Below, one piece after another: positions 53,507 through 64,000 of a stretch of DNA of 64,000 bases. Origin of the DNA: Octopus sinensis (Eukaryota); NCBI RefSeq assembly GCF_006345805.1, contig NW_021836139.1, positions 62,001-126,000 of the forward strand, given 5' to 3'. The position numbers were made by a program, and so were the translations under genes. The notes below the pieces were generated by a model that saw nothing but the letters and a program-made list of their open reading frames with translations, was not told the origin of the DNA and did not search any database. Position 1 is the first letter of the stretch; each line of letters begins with the position of its first letter.

Positions 53507-54380
53507 TTATTATTATTATATATTATTATTATTATTATTATCGCATCATTATTATGATTATTATTATTATTATTATTATTATTTTATTATTATCATCATC
53601 ATCATTTATTATATTATTATTATTATCATCATCATCATCATCATTATTATTATTATATTATTATTATGGTATTATTATTATATTATTATTGATGAGCTGC
53701 ATAGCATGCCACAAAGTGACACTGGGGTAAAATATACGAAACCCGTATACCCATCATGACTACCCGTCTGATAAGGGTACACCAGGCACTGCATCACAAC
53801 CATATTGCGTGACATGTTATCTCATATCAAGATAAACAGCCATACCTTGCAGGTGGACCCAGTTAGGATTTCTTCAGATCGAGTAACCCATCCCGCTTAA
53901 AAGGTCCCTGAATAAGGGTTGTTTAAGGACGTTGAACGAAACCCCATGTTTCCAGAGGTGAATTATTCAAACCCCAAAGAATCCTTCTCACACATGGCTA
54001 TGATGCTCCCCCACTACTTCTTTCTGCTCGTGATCAGAGATGCACATCCGTCAGCCACTAGGGACATGCTCAACTGGTTAGAGTCAAACACTGACAAGCA
54101 AATCTGTGTATTGAAGAATATTTGCTGTAGCCCATCTTTTATACCAGACAAAACATGTACATGATAACACTTCAATCAGTTAAGATCAGAAGCCATGAGA
54201 GCCACTGTCCTGGTACTGCATCATGGCATGTTACCTGGTACTGCTCAGGGCATGTTACCTGGTACTGCATCAGGGCATGTGCCTGGTACTGAGATGGGCA
54301 CTGTACTACTGGTCTTTCTTTCTGATGGGCATGTTATTATATTATTATTATTATTATTATTATTATTATCATCATCATCA

Positions 54381-54441
<61 letters not shown>

Positions 54442-54455
54442 CATCATCATTAATA

Positions 54456-55450
54456 TAAAGAATAAAAGTTTTGAATGGTACAACAATGCACTATAATACA
54501 GACAATGGACTATATACCTGTTGTAATTTAATCATCCATAGTCTGATATGATATTCGGAATAAAACTATTATTATTGAGGCAGAAACGTTAGCGCACCGG
54601 GCGAAATGGTTAGCCGTCTGTCGAAAAAAAGAAAAGGCGGCGAGCTGGCAGAATCGTTAGCATGCCGGGCGAAATGCGTAGCCGCATTTCGTCTGCCGCC
54701 ACGTTCTGAGTTCAAATTCCGCCGAGGTCGACTTTGCCTTTCATCCTTTCGGGGTCGATAAACTAAGTACCAGTTACGCACTGGGGTCGATGTAATCGAC
54801 TTAATCCGTTTGTCTGTCCTTGTTTGTCCTGTCTGTGTTTAGCCCCTTGTGGGTAGTAAAGAAATAGGTATTTCGTCTGTCGTTACGTTCTGAGTTCAAA
54901 TTCCGCCGAGTTCGACTTTGTCTTTCATCCTTTCGGAGTCGATAAATAAAGTGTCAGTTTCGCACTGGGGTCGATGTAATCGACTTAATCCCATTGTCTG
55001 TCCTAGTTTGTCCTCTCTATGTTTAGCCCCTTGTGGGCAGTAAAGAAAAAAAATATTATTGAGTGAAAGGGCAGTGCATGCCATTATAGCGACACTGGGG
55101 TAAAATATACGAAGCCAAGTATACCCATCATGACTACCCAACTGATAAAGGTACACCAGGCACATGCATCACAAACTTATGTGCGCGACATGGTAATCTC
55201 ATATCAAGATAAACAGCGCATGACCTTGCAGGTGGGACCCAGTTAGAATTTTCTTCAGGTTGAGTAGCCCATCCCACTCAAAAGGTCCCTGAATAAGAGA
55301 TGTATAAAAAGATATACTAAAAATATCTGAAGAAAGAATTTTATTCCGAAATATCATATCAGAATATGGATAACTAAATTAGAACAGGTATATAGCCCAT
55401 TGTTTGTATTCTAGTGCATTGTTGTACCATTCAAAACTTTTTATTCTTTA
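54456..55450. repeat. ~110-bp inverted duplication (54456-54565 / 55339-55450)
   Basis: Arms are reverse complements with scattered substitutions. Confidence 0.88.
54578..55050 (+). mobile_element. SINE family 3, head stub + full copy + tandem partial copy
   Basis: Consensus match; dimeric arrangement mirrored at 60072-60486. Confidence 0.88.
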
Positions 55451-55491
55451 CAAACAATACACAATGCTCCAAGCGAACTATAGTACTCTTC

Positions 55492-55628
<137 letters not shown>

Positions 55629-55633
55629 TATTA

Positions 55634-55661
<28 letters not shown>

Positions 55662-55664
<3 letters not shown>

Positions 55665-56422
55665 TGGTTTTATTTTTATAACGTGCTTTCACTACCGAGC
55701 GCAGCTCTGTGTGCCTTGGGTATGTGCGGTGGTTTGCTGTGATGCTCTTATGGTTAATGTGTTATAAGTGTTTTATGTAGGATGTGTGCGGTGACTAGTA
55801 GTGCTATTTTCTGTATGTTATATTTATTTGTAAGTCCTGGTGTTTTTGTTATGTATTTATCTGAATATCTTTTATCATACCCACTATGACAGGAATTGTT
55901 TGTTTTTAAACCCCACATTCAATTTACCTCTATTTCTAGGCCAGTGTGTTTTGAAAGTTTCTCCATTTCTTTTAGAGAAACGTCATCTGTTGGTATTGAT
56001 ACATCAATGAGAAAGCATTTTTTTCTTCATGATCTCTGACAACTACATCTGGCTTATTGGCCTTAATTTCTCTATCTGTGTGTATTGGCATATCCCATAG
56101 TATGGTTACTTTCTCATTTTCTGTTACCTCTTCTGGTGCGTGCTTAAGCTATCTTTTTTTCTGTTGTTATTCCATAGTGTTGGCATAGTTTCCAGTGTAT
56201 GTATGTCCCAACATTGTCGTGTCTGTGAATATATTCCTTCTTAGCCAGGAATGGGCAACCAGAGGTAATATGATTTATTGTTTCTTATCCATCTCCACAT
56301 ATTCTGTAGTTACTTGTTATGTTTCTTTTCATTATATGTTTTTGGTAATTTCTGGTGGGTAGGCTTTGGTCTTGTTCTGCAATTAAAAATCATTCAGTCT
56401 CTGCTTTGAGTCCTGAGCTTCA
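55662..56422 (-). pseudogene. R4/Dong-like non-LTR retrotransposon 3' end
   Basis: GLKAETE..LIAEQDQSLPTRNY...RICG...ETINHITSGCP.LA..EY..RHDNV...ILWD.PIHTD....NKPDVV...LIDVSIP; the 3' end abuts (TAA)n, the established Dong target. Confidence 0.9.
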
Positions 56423-56574
56423 AGTAAACAGTACATACATGTTTGTTATATTCAAATTGCGGGATAAAAATTATAAAATTCCATATAGAATTTCGATAAC
56501 ATAAGAAGGAATTATGGGATGTATACAGATTGTCCATTGAAAATTAATTAATGATTAATAGTGGATCATACAGC

Positions 56575-56780
56575 TAATCCTTTATTATTTAGATAATTCT
56601 GCCAAATGTCGTTTGTTTATTTATGTTGTTTTAAATTAAGTATTCATTATCTTGTGGTTTAGAGATTTCGATGATGTGAGTGCTTAGAATGGCATTGCAA
56701 AGGCTGGAACTGGTCAGTTTGAACATAAACATGTAAAATATTTTAGCCTAATATGGCCGGTTTGAATGTGAAAGGTTCAA
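56575..56780. mobile_element. Old piggyBac-type MITE remnant
   Basis: Degenerate TAATCCTTTA...TGAAAGGTTCAA termini. Confidence 0.35.
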
Positions 56781-57608
56781 ATCATATTTGCTGTAGCATA
56801 GCTAGGAAGCGAGGAAACGATTCTCTCCGGTTTATGCTTTTATAGTAGCGATACTTTTGGGTCTACTGTTAAAACTGTATAGGAGCAGGGAGCAGAAACC
56901 TTAAGGGGTACCCTGGGGATCACACACTCTAGACACGCCTCTGTATTTTTGTGAATATTTAAAATATAAATTATCTTAAAATTCTCACATTGATAGCTAG
57001 TACAAAATGTCACGATAGTTTAATCAATCATACAACCGTGTTGTTTTGTATTAATGAAGTTCCGATTCCATCTTGAATAAAATGCTCCTTTATCGAAGAT
57101 GGCACCAAGACCTCAATTTTTCTAACGAAATATTTTTCATCAAGTAAAGTTATAGTGTAGAACTTTATCATATATTGATCTTTTTACAAGTTCAATCCTC
57201 AACAGCAGTTAATTTTTAAATTGACTTTTCTGTCCGTGAGTAATAAAATATTGTCTCACCCATAAACAGTTAAAAAAGAAAAAAATATATATATATGTAA
57301 CTTAGTAGATACAGACTCGATAAACATCATAACATTCTGTTTTTGAAAGCGAAACTTCATCACAAGATATTTTCTTTGAAACAGATAATAACCAAAACCT
57401 CAATTTCCTTATCATATATATATACATACATACACATATATGCGTGTGTGTGTGTGTGTATGTGTGTATACATATATACATACATATACACACACATACA
57501 CACACACATATATGTATATTGATATATATATATATTAAAAATATATGTGCTTTTGTGTGCATATATGTACATAATATATATATATATATATATATAAATG
57601 TATGTATG

Positions 57609-57642
<34 letters not shown>

Positions 57643-57858
57643 TGTATGTATGTATGTATGTATGTATGTATGAGTGTATGCATGTATGACGTGGGAAAAT
57701 TCTACACACTCTACAGCATGTAGCAGAAGGACACACACGTGCTTCGAATAGGTATCGTTCCTTTTCTTGTTTCTTTTATCGTGTTTCTTATTCTATTTTC
57801 ATAAATAGTTCAGTCGAAATATGGGCCTACTTTTTTCTGTTTCCTATTTTCGCAGTAA

Positions 57859-57900
<42 letters not shown>

Positions 57901-58085
57901 CGCGTTGCTACATCCATCATTTATTAGTGATTTCCTACTCGTGACGGATGGAACTTTGGATTCGGTTGGTTTGGCTACCACCATTTCAAAAATTGAAGTG
58001 TATCGAAAATTTTAGCATTTGGCACAGTAATATACTTTTCCAAGCTGAATTGCTGGAGTTGTTTCACTTTTTCCAGAAGAATGTT

Positions 58086-58238
58086 GTGGCTGTGTGGTAA
58101 GTATCTTTCTTACCAACCACATGGTTCCGGGTTCAGTCCCACCGCGTGACACCTTGGGCTAGTGTCTTCTACTATAGCCTCGGGCCGACCAAAGCTTTGT
58201 GAGTGGATTTGGTAGACGGAAACTGAAAGAAACCCGTC

Positions 58239-58277
<39 letters not shown>

Positions 58278-58550
58278 TATATGCGTGTTTATGTGTGTGT
58301 GTGTGTGTGTGCGTGCGTGCGTGTGTGTGTGTGTCTGTGTTTGTGTCGGTGTGCGTCCCCTCAACATCGCTTGACAACCGATGCTGGTGTGTTTACGTCC
58401 CCGTAACCTAGCGGTTTGGCTAGAGAGATCGATAAAGTAAGTACTAGGCTTACAAAAAATAAGTCCTGGGGTATATTTGCTCGACTAAAGTCGGTGCTCC
58501 AGCATGGCCGCAGTCAAATGACTGAAACAAATAAAAGAATAAAAAGAAAG
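58086..58550 (+). mobile_element. SINE family 1
   Basis: Consensus match. Confidence 0.9.
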
Positions 58551-58638
58551 AATATAAAAGAGGTTTAAAGTTTGATCATTTTCACCCAGTCAGGATACAG
58601 GATTTGGAAGCTGTCATTTTGTGCGTGACTGCACATCT

Positions 58639-58720
58639 TGTCGTCAATATCCTGAAAATAGCACGTGACGTCAATATCCGGAAAATGGCACGTGTCGTCA
58701 ATATTTGTAAACAACACGTC
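58639..58720. repeat. Three ~27-bp tandem units containing CACGTG and TGACGTCA
   Basis: TGWCGTCAATATCCKGAAAATRGCACG repeated; the third unit is degenerate. Confidence 0.8.
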
Positions 58721-59007
58721 TTTTGTAGTTTTAAGCATTCAATATGTATTTAATGCGATAGCACGAACTTAAAAGATTTATTTAAAAACAAAATAGCACA
58801 TTACAAATTAAATATTTTTAAAAAAGCAAACATTTTGTTGACCAGTTCATTGAAAACGAAAGTTAAAAATGCATTCACTCAAGTTGCATATCTCCTGTGC
58901 TAGATAAATTCACATGTTCAGTTGTAATCAGATAGGTAAAACAAGTGGTTTCAATGTATTTGTCAACACATGCTTTCTCGCCGACAAAAGGGTTCTCATG
59001 TTCCGCT

Positions 59008-59023
59008 TGTTACCATGGTAACA
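59008..59023. promoter_or_regulatory. Perfect RFX X-box palindrome
   Basis: TGTTACCATGGTAACA; the core GTTACCATGGTAAC fits the GTNRCCATGGYAAC consensus. Function is inferred. Confidence 0.5.
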
Positions 59024-59558
59024 GGTATGAATGTGTCTGTGGCTTACAATTGGCTAAAATTACCAAAATTTTCAAACTTTAATTGCGAATAGCTCTTTAT
59101 ATGTTGATTTATAGAGAAAATGATTTTCACGTCATTCATTAGCTGATAAAAGTGTATCATTACACCGAATATGAAATCAATTCGAACAGAATTGATGCTG
59201 GCATCCAAACCGACTAAACCCGGAACCGTTGCCGCACTCAAGCGAACGTCTTCCAGCCCATAGTCTGTTTAGGTTTTACGCGGTCGGAGTTCAGAATGCA
59301 AATCCTACCTCAACCTCTTTAGGTCGTCTTTTACGACATGCATAGGAAATGTTGGGGCTATTCTTTGATATGCCGCTCCCAATACAATACAACTTTTATT
59401 ATTATTTTCTGTGGCCACATTTTATCCATCACTTTTTGATCAGCCTTTCATCTTGCCCATCGCTCTTTTTTACTTCACCTATACATGTATGTATGTATGT
59501 ATGTATGTATGTATGTATGTATGTATGTAGTATGTATGTATGTATGTATGTACGAATG

Positions 59559-59598
<40 letters not shown>

Positions 59599-59610
59599 TA
59601 TATAACTTTT

Positions 59611-59812
59611 TATTTGTTTCGGTCATTGAACTGCGGCCAAGCAAGGGTATCACCTTGAAGAATATTTAGTTGAATGTATCAATCTCCTTACTTATTTTTT
59701 TAAAAGCCTGGTAATACTCTATCAGTTTCTTTTAGCCGAAACGCTATGTTACGGGGGCATAAATATACTATCACAGGTTATCGAGCGGTGGGGTTGGGAC
59801 AAAGACAGACAC

Positions 59813-59895
<83 letters not shown>

Positions 59896-60050
59896 AAAGG
59901 GCTGGCATAACTGTGTGGTAACAAGTTTGCTTCTCGGTCGCATGGTTCTGGGTTCATTCCCACTACGTAGTACCTTTGGCAAGTGTCTTCTAATGTAGCC
60001 TTCTGAGCCTTCTGAGTGGGTTTGGTAGACGGAGCCTAACAGTTTCCCGC
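59611..60050. mobile_element. Old family-1-like SINE halves in opposite orientation around (CA)n
   Basis: 3' half on minus (59611-59812), 5' half on plus (59899-60050). Confidence 0.65.
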
Positions 60051-60071
60051 TGTATCTATCTATCTATCTTC

Positions 60072-60486
60072 TTTCTTTATTGTCCACAAGGAGCTAAACA
60101 TAGAGGGGACAAACAAGGACAGACAAACTGATTATGTTGGTTATATCGACCGCAGTGCGTAACTGGTACTTATTTTATCGACCCCGAAAGGATGAAAGGC
60201 AAAGTCGACCTCGGCGGAATTTGAACTCACAACGTAACGGCATACGAAATACATATTTCTTTATTACCCACAAGGGGCTAAACACAGAGTGGACAAACAA
60301 GGACAGACATAGCTATTAAGTCGATTACATCGACCCCAGTGCGTAACTGGTACTTATTTTATCGACCCCGAAAGGATGAAAGGAAAAGTCGACCTCGGCG
60401 GAATTTGAACTCACAACGTAACGGCAGACGAAATACCGCTAAGCATTTCACCCGGCGCGCTAACGTTTCTGCCAGCTCGCCGCCTT
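60072..60486 (-). mobile_element. SINE family 3 dimer
   Basis: Full copy 60255-60486 plus tandem partial copy. Confidence 0.9.
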
Positions 60487-60979
60487 TCTATGTGTCTATC
60501 TATATGTCTGTCTGTCTCAGTGAATGAGGAAAAAGGAAGAAAACAATATTAACAAAGAAGTGCCTCGAAACAAGAGATTTTCTAATAGTGTAGCTAAGTA
60601 ACAAGATACCAATTGTAATACAAAGTGGAGTCATGTAGTCAACATGAGAACGTGGGAAAAAAGAAAACAAATTAGAAACTGTCATAGAGAGGGGCGTGGG
60701 GTGAAAAGGAATGACAGAAATTTGTTTCATTCTGGCTTTTGATTTTTACAATAAAATATCTTGTAGTCGCATCCTTTGAAATGGATGACAAAATACGCAA
60801 AACAAAAATGGGAGATTTCAAAGAGCTTTTCTTCACATGGGGATCTAAGGAACTTAACAAAGTTATAGGGCTTGTGTATATGAGTGTATGCACATGCACG
60901 AGTATGTACGTGTATGTGAAAGATCATCGTCATTACCATCATCATCATTGCTTTATTCCATCTCTCTAACTCTACTTAG

Positions 60980-61945
60980 ATCTTATGTGTCTTCTGCACA
61001 GTATTTCATCACATACTGTATACAAGAGTCATGTCTCACAAACCTTCGAAATTCTACACACTTAATATCCGTGTTGTGGCCATGTAAGATCGCATTTTGT
61101 ACTCAAGCCTCCGACATTTTTCACTTAAAGACACCCACCTTTTTTTTATGCTAGCAGATGAAAGAAATGCTCGAAATCTAATACTTTTATCACTTATATA
61201 ACATAAGCTGTCACCTATTTTGGAGAACACTTGAAAATCAAAAACAATTAATTTTATTGGTGCTCTTACTAGTAACTTCTGCGCATCTACTGCTTAGCTT
61301 TCATGAGATCCCACTAGATTTCTTGAGTAGCCATATTTTATATAAGATCCCATGGATAACTTACTTTTTTCTGTACATTAAGCATAATGCGTCCCTGATG
61401 ACAAAAAGTTTGTCTTTACTTGGTTTATTTTGAAACTCGCGAGTTCTACGTTTTGTTTCTACATTTGAAATTTCTTTAACGCTTCTAGAGATTCTGCTAT
61501 GAGGAATAGGACAGTGACAGACAGCTGGTCTTAAACTCCCCTGTCAAGGCAAAGAGAACTATAATGAACAGGTGCGAGTTGATGACCAAGTCGTGGACTA
61601 CTCCTTGCATTCTAGGCTCCTAGCTGAACTTGTTATTAACTATGTCCTTGCCGACAGTAACTCTGCATAAGCTTTGGATGGCAAAGTTCTGACAAGCCGT
61701 TCATTTACAGTTATTTTTAATGCCCAATAGAATACATAATGTGGTAACGTATGGAAGGATTTCACCAAGTCAACAAACTACTGCACTTTGCAAGAGCTTC
61801 TCCTGTAGCTGTTTCACTAGGAAGAGGATATCAGTTGTATCTAATGCTAGCATAATCTCAAACTGCACCTCACACAAGCTAATTTTCTTCCTAATTAGTT
61901 GTGCTTTAGCTCTTTCCGTCACTTTCATAGCTTGGTCATGAGTTT
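60980..61945 (-). pseudogene. Decayed RTE-clade reverse transcriptase
   Basis: DQAMKVTER..AQLIRKKISL.EVQF....TTDILFLVKQLQEK; LFIIVL.ALTGEFKT; LIAESLE.LKKF....N..KT. Confidence 0.8.
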
Positions 61946-62289
61946 GATTTCTCTTTCTAAACTATTCTTTTTTCCCTTTATTGAAGATGATGCTTAATAC
62001 ATATGTTATTGAGATGGGTTTCTTGCTGACTACGTGATGGGCTGTACAAGTCCCTAATGTGTGTTGTTTGCAGAATATTTTTAGTATTTCAGCGACTATA
62101 CCTGATGGCCGGGCTGGCTAAAGACCATATGTACTGCATAGCCGTATATTTCAATAGCTGGTCCTGTTGTTGAGTTTACATGGTGTAGTCTCTCCCTCTT
62201 TCATGCATTATCCTCATCCACAGACATATTATTAGAGAATTTCCAAACCATGTCCCTAAATTTTTAGTATCATGAGAGGCGAGTGTGTC

Positions 62290-62560
62290 GCTATCATCAA
62301 ATACACATCTTACTAAAGATATCCTGGTTAATATTTCCACTGATATGCTGGATCGTAATACGGAACAGCTCATCTTTGTTATCTTTACGTAAAAGAATAT
62401 TGGCAAACTTCTTTCCAATTGTCTCTTTGCTGGCGTCTGGCTTCTCTTCAATGTGTTGGATACTTTTCTGTCTTCTCCAGCCTTTTTCGCCTTCCACTTA
62501 TACAATCAGGTCTCTTTCTTTTTTTGGTTGTATTCAATTTGTACAAGTAAAATCCTCTAA
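62290..62560 (-). pseudogene. Fragment of an uncharacterised transposon-associated protein
   Basis: RKVSNT...NILLRKDNKDELF resembles a recalled RRKV...W.NFL....NK.ELF motif of invertebrate TE proteins. Confidence 0.3.
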
Positions 62561-62721
62561 GAAGCATGTGGTGGATATATAAATTGCTTGACACAAGCAA
62601 CATTGGAATAATTCTTTCGGTAGCACAAGGAGTTGTCACACCCAGTGACTGTTGCAATATAAATTAACTGTTACTAGAGCAAAAGAAATGTTTTGACTTC
62701 AGGGCCATCAAATCACAGGAC

Positions 62722-63082
62722 TCTCTTTACTCTTTTACTCTTTTACTTGTTTCAGTCATTTGACTGCGGCCATGCTGGAGCACCGCCTTTAGTCGAGCAA
62801 ATCGACCCCGGGACTTATTCTTTGTAAGCCCAGTACTATCGGTCTCTTTTGCCGAAACGCTAAGTTACGGGGACTTAAACACACCAGCATCGGTTGTCAA
62901 GCAATGCTTGGGGGACAAACACAAACACACACACACACACATATATATATATACGACAGGCTTCTTTCAGTTTCCGTCTACCAAATCCACTCACAAGGCT
63001 TTGGTCGGCCCGGGGCTATAGCAGAAGACACTTGCCCAAGATGCCACGCAGTGGGACTGAACCCGGAACCATGTGGTTGGTT
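62722..63082 (-). mobile_element. SINE family 1, 5'-clipped
   Basis: Consensus match. Confidence 0.9.
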
Positions 63083-63621
63083 AAAACAGAAAATTATAGT
63101 GCGACTGGATTACATTCATTCGCACGTCCTATAGTCTAGGAAAAGCTAAGAAAGCCTGATTTAGATGAACGAATGGTTTATGTGAGTCATGCTAACCCTG
63201 TACAGGGATTCCATTTGCAAGATGATTATAACTGAGTTATAATCAAGACCCAGTTCTCTGTCCCACTTGTAGATTATAGTTCTGAAGGGAGTTTAAGAGC
63301 TCACAAATGAATGCTTTTCCCTGCCATCAGGGAATTGTCTATGCTCAAATCGGAGAAAAGTAGTTGATCAGAGCAATTCACAATATACCAAAAGTAAAAT
63401 TATGGATACACAAGAGATGCAGTAGATCACAAGCGGGTTGTCAGGAAAATAAATATTTGTATTTAGCAGATGCACAGGAGAGGTTTGATGAAGCAGCATC
63501 AATGAAATAGATCTTTTCAACTGGTGTAAGTGTTCTCTCGAAGTAGTTGATAGCATCTATTACTTTGGTGACTAGATAGAAATGGAGGTAGTTTCTTTTT
63601 TGATATCATAGAAGGTAAAAT

Positions 63622-63881
63622 TCTGTTGTGTCTGGGGAGAGTCAATTTCTTTTTGTGCCTTATAATGTAACACACTCACCGGTACGGTAAAACTTCCATT
63701 TATTTCTTATTATTATTTTCCTAAAATTTTCGTTGCGTCTTGCAACCTTTTCAATAGTAAGTGTATTAAATTATAAGGCACAAAAAGAAAATGACTCCCC
63801 CCTCCGCCCCCAGACACAACAGAATATGCTTCAACACACGAACTCACATAAAGAATCTTGCAAACCAAATCCAAAAACGAA
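63622..63881 (+). mobile_element. Family C insertion with inverted 5' part and 12-bp TSD
   Basis: AGAAGGTAAAAT at 63610-63621 and 63882-63893; hammerhead-like motif at 63721-63757 (-). Confidence 0.8.
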
Positions 63882-64000
63882 AGAAGGTAAAATGTTATTA
63901 CTTCTATTGGCAACAAAGGGATTTTTCTCTTTGAGTGGAAGGTACGAAGGCACAACATGGATAGTGATTGCATAGGATTTATGGATTTTGAAAAAGATAA

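Noticed and set aside
59300-59365. Minus-strand GTCGT-AAAAG-ACGAC-CTAA hairpin as an HDV ribozyme
   Set aside because: Helix order does not fit the HDV fold; at most a decayed retroelement 5' motif.

Overview
AT-rich, microsatellite-saturated animal DNA with no intact protein-coding gene that I can support. The repeat landscape suggests a coleoid cephalopod, most likely Octopus (inference from repeat content only). It comprises several tRNA-headed SINE families, RTE, CR1 and R4-Dong-like LINE relics, Helitrons, a deleted mariner, piggyBac and hAT MITEs, and Penelope-like elements (PLEs). Nearly all ORFs in the supplied track are translated microsatellites or SINEs. The best-preserved coding relic is a 5'-truncated Neptune-type PLE (RT + GIY-YIG, 39.5-41.8 kb) bracketed by ~400-bp inverted pseudo-LTRs. 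The most interesting signal is at the RNA level: at least four unrelated repeat families carry minimal type-I hammerhead ribozyme folds with non-canonical cores. Three of them use a compensatory U3-A8 core (UUGAAAA instead of CUGANGA), and one short copy sits between 12-bp target-site duplications. Other oddities include reiterated 5' ends of retroelements, a CRISPR-looking hairpin-repeat/spacer block inside a SINE, an in-frame Helitron/LINE fusion, a 120-nt pseudoknotted element, several local fold-backs, a perfect RFX X-box and weak candidate small exons. All identifications were made by eye and from recalled family motifs; no database search or folding program was run.
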